From: an uncultured Gemmatimonadales bacterium
GTDB lineage: Bacteria > Gemmatimonadota > Gemmatimonadetes > Gemmatimonadales > GWC2-71-9
DNA length: 64,000 bases
Reading direction: 5' to 3'
NCBI GenBank assembly: GCA_963821525.1
Contig: CAWGED010000005.1
Location: forward strand, 448,001-512,000
The notes below the pieces were generated by a model. It did not search any database. It was not told where the DNA came from and was given only the letters and a program-made list of their open reading frames with translations. Both the position numbers and the translations under genes were made by a program. Of the stretch, positions 30,366 through 40,893 are shown one piece after another. Every line of letters begins with the position of its first letter. Position 1 is the stretch's first letter.

Positions 30366-31727
30366 CTAGGGCTGCCAGCGCGCTGCGACCTTGTTCTGTA
30401 CGGTCACGACGTATCCTGCGACAACTGGTCCGTCCGTAGCTTCGCTCAGGCCTAACGCTTCGCCGTGGCCTTCCAGTAGTTGGAGCGTCCCACTCGTGCC
30501 CCAGAACACAGGCCTCAGGATGCCATTGGGCGGAGCCTGTGCAGAGCCGGAAACTTGGCCCGAATTGTTGATGGCGAAGGCCGCGCTGCCCGAACCCAGG
30601 TCGGGAAGGAACGTCACTGTCCAGCTACCACCTGAAGGCGCCCATTGAGTCGCGCGGTTGACGAACTTGTTTCTCCCGAGGGAGATGGAGGTCCAGCCCA
30701 CGATGACACCAGCATCGTTGATGTCTCGAACGGAGACAGCAGAGGTCCCGGCTGGCAACGGCAGCAGGATCGGTGCTGCTGTCGGTGATGCCCAGAGCGC
30801 GGCCCGATTCTGGCCCGCAACTGTGCACTTGGCAACAACGGCTTCCAGGTTGTTGATCCCAGGGTAGCCCGAGCATCTCGTCGCGCCGCTAGGCAGCTGC
30901 AGCATCTGCCATCCGGTGCTCTCCGACCATACGGCCGAAACGTCCATAGCGGCCACCGATCCCGCCTCGTTGATCGCCATTGCACCGGCGAGCGACCCGT
31001 CCGGAAGCCGTGGGAGCGCTTCGACCTGATAGGTACCCCCCGACGGCACCCATCGCACGTCGCTCGAGAAGGCGGATCCGATGTAGGCCATTCCTACCAC
31101 GACACCGGCACTGTTGATGTCGGTTGCCACGCCACCGCAGGTGCCTGGCAGCGCGGGTAACGCGGTGAGCTGCCCCAACTGATCCCACACCGCCGGGCCC
31201 CAGCCCGGGCCGCACGGGACAGTAACCCTTCCCGCGATTAGCCCGTTGTCGCTCACTCCATACACGTCCGAAAATCCCGAGGGCGCGTTCAGCACCTCGG
31301 CCGACACCAGCACCGCGAACTTCTCCGTCCCGATCCCCTTCTTGCCGGTGGATTTCGTGACCATGACGTCGTAGGAGACGGGAGCCGCGTCTGCGGCAAC
31401 GCTGACATTGGCCAGCAGCTCGGTGCTCGAAAGGTAGGTCGTGGAGTTGACTTGGAGCTTCGGGTCAACCACCCCCGCCCGGGCAAAATCGACCTTCGAA
31501 CCTTGGTCGTAGTTCGTGCCGAGGATGTGAACGTCAAGCGTGGAATCCTGTGGCGCCTCCGCCGGATCGGCGCTGGTGACCGTGGGATCGCTCCCACCGC
31601 CCTTGGCGAATGCAAGATCCCCGGCATTGGGCTGGGTGCTTCGGGGCTCGGCACAAGACAAGCCGAACACCAGCAGGAGGACAGCACCCAGCAGGGTTCC
31701 TTGCCTCACCTTCAAGACGGCGGCCAT
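30366..31727 (-). CDS. Lipoprotein with Ig/IPT-like domain and HAF-like extracellular repeats
   Basis: Signal peptide ending GLSC; repeats ATDINSAGVVVG, AMAINEAG, VRDINDAGVIVG, AFAINNSGQVSG. Confidence 0.8.
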   Translation of the reverse strand: MAAVLKVRQGTLLGAVLLLVFGLSCAEPRSTQPNAGDLAFAKGGGSDPTVTSADPAEAPQDSTLDVHILGTNYDQGSKVDFARAGVVDPKLQVNSTTYLSSTELLANVSVAADAAPVSYDVMVTKSTGKKGIGTEKFAVLVSAEVLNAPSGFSDVYGVSDNGLIAGRVTVPCGPGWGPAVWDQLGQLTALPALPGTCGGVATDINSAGVVVGMAYIGSAFSSDVRWVPSGGTYQVEALPRLPDGSLAGAMAINEAGSVAAMDVSAVWSESTGWQMLQLPSGATRCSGYPGINNLEAVVAKCTVAGQNRAALWASPTAAPILLPLPAGTSAVSVRDINDAGVIVGWTSISLGRNKFVNRATQWAPSGGSWTVTFLPDLGSGSAAFAINNSGQVSGSAQAPPNGILRPVFWGTSGTLQLLEGHGEALGLSEATDGPVVAGYVVTVQNKVAARWQP

Positions 31728-31784
31728 ACGACCTCCCATTCGAGTCTTACGGGAATCGGTAAGAACGAGCGAGAACCCTCCTAT

Positions 31785-34756
31785 TCAGTTGACGGACAGA
31801 GCCCCGTTTTTTTGCGGATGCCCGTCGGCCCCACCTTCCCCGTTCAGGACGTAGCCCGCCCAGTAATACGGCGCCCGCCACTTTGAGTCAGCGAGCATTT
31901 CCCGCTGGGTTAAGGCCAGGGCCTCGGCGGCTGCCACGGCAGGGTAGTGACGGTAGAATCGGGCGGCGAACTCGGCTGCTCCCCGGTCGTCCACCCGCCA
32001 AAGAGTCGCGATTACGTTCCGAGCCCGGCGTAGAGAAAGGCCCGCGCCAATGTTGCGAAGTCGTCTCCCGGCGCGAACCCGGTGCTCCATGCCCCGCCCA
32101 GTCCGGTCTCGCACCCCGAGAGAAAGACCAGTGGGCTGTGCACCCGGAGGCCGATGATCTCGTGCACTTCGAGCTGCCCGTCGTCGGCGGGATCGCTGGC
32201 CACCTCTGGATGGTCCGGTAGCGAGCCTTGGAGAACATCGGATTTCGAGGATTGAGCTCGCCGTGAGTCGCCGAGGTGGACCACGCCGCCGGTCTCCAGC
32301 GCGGCTCGAACCGCTGTTTCGCTTGCCCGGCGCCCGAGACGAGGCGGGCGTTGCCCAACGCACGCGCTGCGGCCCGCGCCTCCAATACCGTTCCAGGGAG
32401 CTGGTCAGGGACTGGGGCGAGCACCGAGGCCGGTGCTTCGAGACTCTCCGGTGCGGAGACTATCCGCAAGGCGACCAGCGATGCGGCGGATGGCAAGGTC
32501 AGGAGGGCGAAGTCCTGGATCAGGAACCGGCCCGTGGCGGAGTCAACGACCGCTGCGAACGGGAGATAGGTGAGGATCCCGTGCGGTACGATCACCGAGC
32601 CGGCGGGCTCCCTCAAGCGCACCGCTCCGGCGAACTCGGTGCAATCAGGAAATTCGCCCAGCGCCGCTCAGGACCGGGAGAGCCCTGAGGAGTCCGGCGT
32701 CTCGTTGTGCGACCAACTCCCGAGCGAGACGAACGCGGCTCTGGAGTCCGCCACGCGGCACTGCAACCGTGGTAACGACGAGACCGTGCGACGACCGACG
32801 AAAATCAGCAACGAGTCTTCCACTATCTGATATTCCACCAGCGCTTCGTCGGGCCGAAGACGAGCGAGGACAGCCGCCGCTGGGGTTTGCCCGGCCCCGA
32901 GAAGGGCGGTACCGGGGGTATGCAATTCCCCGATCCGGATCGCGAGCTCCTCATACGCGCGCCGCTCCGCAGCGAGTGGGTCCCGCAGGAAGGCGAGACG
33001 GGTGACGGTGGTGGAGTCGGAGGCCTCGGTCGGCATCTCCCTCAGCGTCGCGTATCTGCTCGGTCAACGCGTCGATCTGGCGGAGCAGCTGGTCACCTTC
33101 CTGGAGCGCGCGGCTGGACGCGGCTGCTGAAGGGCCGGAGTTTCGCGAGGATGCCGAGTCCTTCAACCAGCGCGCGCCCTCGCGCGGCGTCGGCCACCTC
33201 GAACGCCTCCTCCGTCCTGCCCAGTCGCCGGAGCACTTCCGCGAGATCCGCGTACGCGCCCTGCTTTCCCGCCAGGTAGCTCGTGCGAAGCACGCCGGAC
33301 CCATAGTTGCCGCGCACGCGCTCCAGTGCGGCGAGCGCGCGCGGCCCACGACTGCGGCGGAGTCGAGTTGTCCGAGCCTCGCGAGCGCGCGGGCCTCGAG
33401 TCGGAGTGCCTCCTGTTCAATGCCGTACCCGCCGGCCTCCAGATCGAGCCGCGCGTCCCCGTAGCGCACGAAGCGCGCGTGTCGCATCCGCCGTGCGATC
33501 GGCGATTCGCGCCTCCGCCAGCGCCACCTCGGCCCGACCCCGGCGAACACCAAGCGACAGAGCGAGTTTCCGTGCGGCCGCGATGCGCTCGGCAGAGCCC
33601 TTCGGGTCTTCCGATCGGGCCGCGAAGTCCGCTAGGAGCAGGAGGTCGGCCAGCTCCTCGAATCGCGCGCAGGCCGCCGGTGCATGCCGAGCGCCTCGCC
33701 AGCTGCCGCGGACGCCTGTTCCATTGCTCCGAGGTCGCCCTGGATCTCTGCCTCGCTCCGGAGGTCCGCTCCCGCCTCGACGGTGAGATTCAACTCCCGA
33801 TTGATCGGCTCTGCTCGACCGTAGAAGTCCAGCGCATGCTGGACGTCGCCGGCCTCCCGGTAAAGCTCGGCCATCGCCTCCAGGTTACTCGCCTCCTCCT
33901 GGCGGAGCCCTTGGCGCCGCGACAGCTGCGAGCGCGCTATCGAGCGCGGCTAGGGCGAGATGCGGCTGTCCCAGAGCGGCGTAAGCGGTGCCCAGCTGTC
34001 CGAGCGCGTTCTGTTCGCCGTAGCGTATCCGATCGAGCGGTAGCGCGTGCGGGCCTGCTCGAGCAGTGGGATTGCGACTCCGGGATCGCCGACGCGGACG
34101 GCGAGCATTCCCAGGTTAGTGAGCGCGTTGCCTTCGATGCGCGCATCCGCGAGCGCCCGTCCCGCGACCCGCATCGAATCGAAGCCCCGACGGGCTTCGT
34201 CGAACTGCCCGAGATCGGTCTGGACCAGCGCGAGATTGCCGGAGGCCGACGCGATACCCTTGAGGTCCGCCGCCGCACGAGCGGCCGCGGAGGCGCGACC
34301 GAAGAGCTCGGTAGCATCGGAGAGCCGCCCCTCGTTCCAGGCGAGGAGCCCGAGGGCGTTGTAGGACTTGAAGAGATCGGCGTCGAGCGCCAAGCGGCGC
34401 TTGAGAGCGAGCGCCTCCTCTCCGAGGCGGCGGGCGATTCTGGTAATCGCCCAGGCGCCACGCGCGAGGCCGAGCCAGGTGAGCGACCGCGCCTCGGCGA
34501 TCGAATCGTGGAGCGCACGACTCCGCTCGAGAGCGACAGTCCATATGACGCTCGCGCTGTCGAACTCGCCGCGCAGGTACACTCCCTCGCCGAACGCCAG
34601 CAGCGAGTCCAGCGGCCTTGAGGACAGGGCCGAATCGTGGGTCTCGGCGGGTGGGCGCGCAGTGCTGGTGGTCGGCTCGGGGCTCGGGCGTTCCTTACAT
34701 GCCGCGTGAGAGCCAGGACGGTCACGACGAGCCGCCGGCGGCCAGTGGCGACTCAC
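31785..34756 (-). CDS. TPR-CHAT (caspase-like) protease, predicted lipoprotein (many frameshifts)
   Basis: TPR fragments (YNALGLLAW, SGNLALV, LTNLGML); IVPHGILTYLPFAA; ATHG; LVFLSGCETG; VIATLWRVDD; PYYWAGY. Confidence 0.85.
31789..31817 (-). promoter_or_regulatory. Putative ECF promoter, copy 1
   Basis: Minus strand CCGCAAAA-N10-CTGTCCGTCAA, about 60 nt upstream of the 31727 start. Confidence 0.65.
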
Positions 34757-35332
34757 GGCGCTATCTGGAATTCGTGAACTGTGCCGCCGATCGAGCGACC
34801 ATCGCCGAGCAACACGTCCACGTACCAATAGTAGAGTCCGGCCCCGCGCGGGAAACCTCAAGGGAAGGCAGGGACGATCGTATCCCTCGAGGTTGTCGCC
34901 CACACCGAATCGCCGTCGGCTCGGCTCACTGAGATTCGGGTAGGTCGTTGCCCCTGGTAAGGCGTGCCAGGTGAAATCCGCAGGGCCGTGCAGAATTGCT
35001 CCGTCCGTCGGTGCCACGATCCTGATCCCAGCCTGATCATCCGTGCCCCGGACTCGCGATGCGTCAGAGGGGCCGCGATGTAAGAGGGCCGGCCCGAGCA
35101 GGGCGACGCCCGCCACAACTGCAGCGGCCGCTGCCACTGCGGCCAGGCGGCGCATCGGGGTGCGGTCGCTCGCCGGAGCCGTCCCACCGCGACGAGCTCC
35201 GAGGTGCAGTCGGCGCAATCCGCCAGATGCAGCTCGACTCGTTCCCGATCCGACGGGAAAGCGTCCCGGCGAGGTAGCGCACGACCTTCTCTACCTCAAG
35301 GTGAGCGAGCTGGCGATTTGTGGTTGACTCAT
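34753..35332 (-). CDS. zf-HC2 membrane anti-sigma factor (frameshifted)
   Basis: Reconstructed RYLAGTL...VELHLADCADC, TM helix RRLAAVAAAAAVVAGVALL, then a beta-rich extracytoplasmic domain (FTWH...YWYV); stop overlaps the CHAT start (GTGA). Confidence 0.72.
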
Positions 35333-35399
35333 CAAGCTGCCTCCCCGTAAAACCACGCGGCTTCTAGACAAGACGGATTGGAACGCGCGGTTTGCGGGA

Positions 35400-36067
35400 T
35401 CATGGTTCGAACCGCTCCACTCCCAACACCTGAAGCTGGGTTCGCAAGGCCACGAGCACCTTGTCCAAGCGGCGATAGAGCGTGGAAGAGCGTAGGGAAG
35501 CGCATGAGCCGGGCGATTTCGCGAGCCGGAAGGTCTTCGCCGAATCGAAGGCGGAGGAGCAGCCGGTCGCGAGGAGGAAGCCCTTCAAGCACCAGCGAGA
35601 GTGCCCGGGTGAGTTCGGACCGGGCCAGAAGCGCATCGGGGGCTGCCGTGCGCCGGGGCTGCGAGTAGCGCCGGGTCAAACTGATCGGCCACGAGGTCCA
35701 CCAGGCGCCGGCGTTTGGCACGCTCCGCTTGCGAGGAGATCTCCCGCCGGGCCATCGCGGCTTCGGCCATAGCGGTGGCGATGATGATCCAGGCACAGTC
35801 GGCGGACACGACGATGAGCCAGAGCCCAAACGGCCCGGATCCTGGCCGCGTGTAGGCTCGAAGCCGGCGGCACCCATCCTCCCGCAGGCGCTCCAGGACG
35901 AACGTATAGCGATCCATCACGGTGTCCTGGTTGCCACCCAGCGAGCGCACGACGTGAAGGATCTGATCGGTGTGGGCGTGGACGAAGCTGGTCCACGCCT
36001 CCTCGATTGCGGTCTCGGTCGGGGCGTCAAGGAGCGAGAACAGTTCCAGTGGCGCCGTGAACGGCAC
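35400..36067 (-). CDS. ECF-type sigma-70 factor (frameshifted)
   Basis: EAWTSFV, FGLWLIVV..RLCLDHHR (region 2); LPPRDRLLLRLRFGEDLPAREIARLM (region 4 HTH). Confidence 0.85.
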
Positions 36068-36244
36068 GCCGAAAGCCTCGTAGGCCACGTGCAGGACCTC
36101 GTCCCGAGTCTGAACCAAATTTTCCAACGGGGGGACAACTGAGATGGGCGGATAATCGACCCACCGCAAATTAGCGCCTTTGTACCCGCGCTCGCTAGGG
36201 GCAGCAACGAACTCGGCGGGCAGGTCCGCTGCCTGCCGACTCTC

Positions 36245-36272
36245 CCGCAAAAGAAGCGAACCTGTCCGTCAA
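36245..36272 (+). promoter_or_regulatory. Putative ECF promoter, copy 2
   Basis: CCGCAAAA-N9-CTGTCCGTCAA, about 60 nt upstream of ATG 36334. Confidence 0.65.
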
Positions 36273-36333
36273 TGATTGATACGCGACAGGATATCGCACG
36301 ATTCAGAACCCAACCAAACCGAACGGCCTAGCC

Positions 36334-36591
36334 ATGCGTGTCACCGTGAGGCCGACGCTCGAGCTACCGCTCTTTGGTCGTCCCGGACCGGCAATAGGCG
36401 CCTTGCGCGCCGCAGTGCTCGCGGGCGCCCAGCCTGCCAGTACGCGTTCTGGCAGTCGTCGCCCGCTCGCGGTGGTGGTGATGGGAGTCGCGGGGGTCCT
36501 GCTCATCGCTCTGCAGATGGTGCAATGGTGGGCCGAGATGCCATTCGCGGCAACGTTTCCGGGGGGAGGCTGGCCGCTTCATGTCCGCTGA
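36334..36591 (+). CDS. Small single-TM hypothetical protein
   Basis: 85-aa ORF with hydrophobic stretch LAVVVMGVAGVLLIALQMV, downstream of promoter copy 2. Confidence 0.55.
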   Translation: MRVTVRPTLELPLFGRPGPAIGALRAAVLAGAQPASTRSGSRRPLAVVVMGVAGVLLIALQMVQWWAEMPFAATFPGGGWPLHVR

Positions 36592-36899
36592 ACATGGGGC
36601 GGCCGGGGGCTCGGTCCGCGCAGTGAGCGCCAGACTGTGAAGCCGTAACGCCGGCAACAACGGACACATCGTGTTACAACCCTTAGCAACGGAGCCCGTC
36701 ATGTCCTGCTGGCGCTGCAGGTTTATTATAGGTAGGGGGGTAAGAAAACAGTAAAAAGTGAATAGAACTATAGGTGCAGGAAGTATGCAGTATCGCGCCG
36801 CTGTGCTACGGGCGTGCTGGCGCTGGCCTGCAGTCCGGAACCACCCACGCACCCCAGGAGAGGTCGGCAGCCGCGTAAAGATTCAGCTCGCCTCAGCAG

Positions 36900-38552
36900 C
36901 TCGAGGGCACAGATAGGGATAAGGTCGTGGCTGGGCTAAACACCACCGGCGACCTAAGATCAGGGAAAGAACGCTTGTACGGCTGGGGCGAGAAGAACCT
37001 CCGGACGGTGAGACGTTGGGGACAGTTACGCAACTGGCTGGTACAGACGGGACAATAGCAATCGCCCCAGTGAGCAATGGCGGTGGAGAATCCCCGCTGG
37101 CATAGAGCACTATGGGATGAACGATGAGCGGTCGGGGGAATCGTAGCATGACGAACAATCGAGAGGACGAGCGAGCTCGAGACTGTCTGGTAGAAAGAGG
37201 GACAGATCGGTTTGGAGAGAGATGCGGACGGTCAACTGGGATCGGCGATCTACGTAATGAACGCTGAAGGCTCAGCTCAGACGTGCCACGCAGCAATCAT
37301 GGAGGCAAGAATTCGACTACCTTGACGGAGCGCGCGTACGGGACGAAGCTCGGCTATGAGATGAGTCTGCGGCAGTAAGTCGCCCAACGCCGCGATCTAT
37401 GTGATGAACGCCTGATGGCCGGGCCGGTTGAACGAGCACGAAGGACCCGGTGCGAAGTACTGGAAGCTCAACTGGTATGGGCAGATCGGCCAGGCGGATC
37501 GCGAAGAGCCGCCCTGTGCGTGAGCACACATCGACGGCGACCCTGCTACGCTGACGCCCAGCGAGGAGTATCTTGAACGCACATGAAAGTGCACGAAGGT
37601 TAGCGCCGACGTGTATTTCATGAACAACGTGGGCGAGGACGACTTCCCCGTGGTGTTCGCCTGACGAGACCGAGATCGACTTCTGGACCATTCGACGAAG
37701 GCGAGCGATGGATACACGTCATGAGCTGCGACGGTGGAATCAAAAGGCATCTAGACTCTTAGGATGGTGGCTAGTGCTTCGATGTCCGCTGGATGGGGGC
37801 TGGGACAAGTGGTGATGGTCAGCTTGGCGTGAGCAGCCTCGGAACCGGCGTGTCGGTGCAGCTAGTAGATCCCAGTGACCGATTTCCACACGGTACAGCT
37901 GAGGATCGATAACGGAACGGTAGCGGCAGACCCTGTCACCCCAGTGCGCAGGGTGACGAGACGCTAGGACAAGGCTGGTGACTGACTGGGGGATATACAC
38001 GAGCTGACGACCAGGTTGGCGGGTACAGCGGTACTGTGTGCTCAGCTACGACCGGCTACGTCCCGAGACCGGTCGAACGTGCAACTTAACAAGGCGTCGT
38101 TGGGGACTGGACTGAGTGATCACAGCCAAGATCAGGCGCCCACTGACTTGTGGTAGGACACCGCGGAGTCTGGCAACTACGTCTACTGCTGGAAGAGTGT
38201 ACGACAGCGATGCGCGGCGTCTTCGAGACGATGGACAGCACGGCCAGGTGCTGAACGTGACCGAAGGCGGGCTCCAGCACGTCCCACATGAAGTTCTCGC
38301 TCGGTGGAGCATCAGGGCCTCGACGTGTTGGCCTTCCAGCCCAGTACCGGCAGCATCAGTTGCCTGGGGCTATTCCGGTCATCGACGTTGTCGAGTTCAC
38401 CACCACGAACATGCCCGGCCTCACGTACGACGCCACCGCCGACCAGTACACCTACGTGTGGAAGACGCAAAGACTGGGCCGGCACCTGCCGGAAGTTCGT
38501 GCTCGATTTGAAGGACGGCACTCAGCACGTCGCGCTGTTCCAATTCAAATAG
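36900..38552 (+). pseudogene. Heavily corrupted TolB/PD40-repeat protein with C-terminal PxKF-like domain
   Basis: Remnants IYVMNAEG (~37247), IYVMNA (~37395), DVYFMN (~37608); C-terminus KFSLGG...LTYDATADQYTYVWKT..WAGTCRKFVLDLKDG..HVALFQFK; start approximate. Confidence 0.55.
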
Positions 38553-38578
38553 TCGGCTCACCTACGTCCGGAGGCTGT

Positions 38579-39450
38579 ATGCGGAACGTGTTGCTGCTCC
38601 TGTTGGGCGTGTCGGCTGCGGTCGATCGGCTGCTTCCACCGTGGACGACAAGAAGCCCGAGGCCGGAACCGTTACAGCCGATGAGCGTCGGCGAATGGAG
38701 GATTCGGTCCATGCGTGGCTCGCGAGAATTTTCCACGACTGGGAGAAGGGTGATAGCGTGGCGTTGATGGGTACCTATCTGCCGGGTGATGGGTCGGTAG
38801 TTTCGGCAGGGGATGGTGAGCTGTATACGTCGAGAGATTCGGTAGCGGCGTTTCTCATCGGGGTGGATAAGATCACGGGAAAGAAGGGTAGCTTTGAGAA
38901 GCCACTATCGTACGACGTGTTGGCGCCGGGAATGGCGGCGCCACCGTACAACATCCAGTTCGAGGGGCGTAAACCCGAACAAGCAGAAGTTTGAGGGTCG
39001 CGGGAGTCTATAGCGTGGTCGTCGTTGAGCGCGAGGGCCACCTGCACATCGTGCAGGAGCACCAGTCCCTGGCTCCTGACCCGAACGAGGCGGAGGCGGC
39101 GATCGCGGGCATCAATAGTGTGGGTGTCGCATGGCAGAGAGGCCGTGGCAACGCGAGGACACCGCCGCGATCAAGTCGGTTCTGCACTGAGGACGACATC
39201 TATTCGCCTGACAACGAGGCGCACCGTTGGAGGCCGCGATTCTGCAGCGGCCAAGGTGGGCATGTGGAGTTTGGTTAGCCTGAGTTTTCGATCTTGAGCG
39301 ATCTGAAGTCACCGTGCTGGATCGAGTAGTGACCGCCGGTGACCTAGCGGCCAGGAAACCAGCGGACTTACGTCGTAGCGACTATCGGACCAGGGCAAGG
39401 CGGCAACACCGAGAGGAGGTGGCCCTACATGACGGTCTTGGTCGTAAGGA
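38579..39450 (+). pseudogene. SnoaL/NTF2-like (DUF4440-like) exported protein, corrupted
   Basis: GGAGG RBS, signal-like start, WEKGDSVALMGTY, YDVLAPGMA, GVYSVVVVEREGHLHIVQEHQS; end approximate. Confidence 0.5.
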
Positions 39451-39564
39451 TCGGTGGTGAGATGGCGGATGGCCTCGTACATGTGGAACGCGCTGAGACG
39501 AGCTCACGGGTAGCGCGCTAGGGCCGCCTGACCGAAGATGGACGGTGAGCGCAAACGCCCAGCT

Positions 39565-39783
39565 GATTGGGAGAGAGTTGGAGGTGGTCATCTCCGAGTC
39601 TTCAACCCCTCCGGTTAACAGGCGAAGACGGCCGAGTGGGCCCGGTCCTGGGCTTCGGTGCGCCTGGCGGCGAAGAAGCAGAAGAATTTCGCCGAGGCGG
39701 ACCGGATTCGTGCCATGCTGAAACAGCACGGCTTCGAGATCCGGGACGCCAAGGATGGTTCGATCGAGGTAAGGCGGGTCTAA
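39565..39783 (+). repeat. cysS 3' end, copy 2 (orphan fragment, right boundary of the insert)
   Basis: Encodes VISESSTPP...WARSWASVRLAAKKQKNFAE..RIRAMLKQHGFEIRDAKDGSIEVRRV*. Confidence 0.88.
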
Positions 39784-39851
39784 AACCTCCGGGACCGCCG
39801 CAATGGCGGGTTTCGGACGGTGCCGGGCCAGAGTTCGGCGACTGCGTCCGG

Positions 39852-39881
39852 TTGACACAACTCCAAGTCACCCATTATCAT
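39852..39881 (+). promoter_or_regulatory. Sigma70 promoter for the tRNA cluster
   Basis: TTGACA-N18-TATCAT about 25 nt before the first tRNA. Confidence 0.6.
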
Positions 39882-39906
39882 ATGTGTCTGTCCGTTTTCG
39901 CTGCCC

Positions 39907-39979
39907 GCTGACGTAGCTCAACTGGCAGAGCACCGGTTTTGTAAACCGGCGGTTGAGGGTTCGATTCCCTCCGTCAGCT
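39907..39979 (+). tRNA. tRNA-Thr(TGT)
   Basis: GCTGACG/CGTCAGC acceptor stem, CCGGT-TTTGTAA-ACCGG anticodon arm, TTCGATT T-loop. Confidence 0.95.
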
Positions 39980-40018
39980 CTGGAGTCGAGCGGATCAGCG
40001 AGGTGAGGAGCGGGCGCC

Positions 40019-40102
40019 GGTGGGGTGGCCGAGTGGCTAATGGCAGCAGACTGTAAATCTGCCGGGCTCTGCCCTACGTAGGTTCGAATCCTACCCCCAC
40101 CA
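40019..40102 (+). tRNA. tRNA-Tyr(GTA)
   Basis: GCAGA-CTGTAAA-TCTGC anticodon arm, long variable arm, TTCGAAT. Confidence 0.95.
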
Positions 40103-40145
40103 TGTTGGGGAGTGCAGGGCGAGGCCGCACCGAAAGGATCAGTTA

Positions 40146-40213
40146 GAGGACTGAGGACCGAGGACTGAGTGTGAGAGGCAGGGATTCAGTCCCCGGTCGT
40201 CAGTCCTCAGCAC
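40146..40213. repeat. Palindrome of 7-nt tandem repeats (GAGGACY / TCAGTCC)
   Basis: gaggact-gaggacc-gaggact ... tcagtcc-ccggtcg-tcagtcc-tcagcac, between tRNA-Tyr and tRNA-Gly. Confidence 0.8.
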
Positions 40214-40234
40214 TTTGATCCCAGTTTGCTTCGC

Positions 40235-40307
40235 GCGGGTGTAGCTCAGTTGGTAGAGCATCAGCCTTCCAAGCTGAGGGTCGCGGGTTCGAGCCCCGTC
40301 GCCCGCT
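40235..40307 (+). tRNA. tRNA-Gly(TCC)
   Basis: TCAGC-CTTCCAA-GCTGA anticodon arm; GCGGGTG/CGCCCGC acceptor stem. Confidence 0.95.
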
Positions 40308-40310
40308 CTC

Positions 40311-40383
<73 letters not shown>

Positions 40384-40394
40384 CTGGTGGGAAC

Positions 40395-40490
40395 GTCAGC
40401 CATTAGCTGTTAGCAGTTAGCTGCTTCGGTTAGGCTGCGACGGATTCGATGAAAATGCTGAGGGCTAACAGCTAATAGCTAACGGCTGAG
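40395..40490. repeat. Palindrome of 7-nt tandem repeats (GTTAGCT / GCTAACA)
   Basis: gtcagcc-attagct-gttagca-gttagct ... gctgagg-gctaaca-gctaata-gctaacg. Confidence 0.85.
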
Positions 40491-40496
40491 GATACA

Positions 40497-40649
40497 GTGC
40501 CCCGAGAGAAAATCATCATGGAATGCACCGACTGTAAGAGTCGGAACTATTTCCAGGACAAGAACCGGCGGAAGCACCCCGAGCGGGTGGAGTGGAAGAA
40601 GTTCTGCCCCCGCTGCAACAAGAGCGTGCTCCACAAGGAATCCAAGTAG
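40497..40649 (+). CDS. rpmG: 50S ribosomal protein L33, zinc-binding form
   Basis: Manual translation [18 protein letters not shown]...[17 protein letters not shown]. Confidence 0.93.
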   Translation: MPREKIIMECTDCKSRNYFQDKNRRKHPERVEWKKFCPRCNKSVLHKESK

Positions 40650-40885
40650 TGGAACAGGTGACCAAGGCACCCGCGCATCCCGCGCGGTGGATGGGCCAGT
40701 CGGTGGACTTCATCCGCTCGGTGAAGGCCGAGCTCAAGAAGGTCACCTGGCCCACGCGCGATGAGTTGTCCAAGGCCACCCGGATGATCCTGATCCTCGC
40801 GGTGGTCCTCGGACTCGCCATCGGGTGGATGGATCTCCTGTTCAACTGGATCCTGGTGACCGGGGTGGCGAGGATCGGCAGGTGA
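40649..40885 (+). CDS. secE: Preprotein translocase subunit SecE
   Basis: ELKKVTWPTR followed by a TM helix. Confidence 0.93.
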   Translation: MEQVTKAPAHPARWMGQSVDFIRSVKAELKKVTWPTRDELSKATRMILILAVVLGLAIGWMDLLFNWILVTGVARIGR

Positions 40886-40893
40886 CGGTGGCC

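Larger units (their letters stand above)
30286..39783. mobile_element. Putative genomic island inserted at the cysS 3' end; no integrase recognised
   Basis: Bounded by diverged direct copies of the cysS terminus; accessory cargo between cysS and the tRNA cluster. Confidence 0.6.

Noticed and set aside
31785..36067. Type III-E CRISPR (Craspase) locus
   Set aside because: No cas7-11, other cas gene or repeat-spacer array in the window; the CHAT protein appears exported
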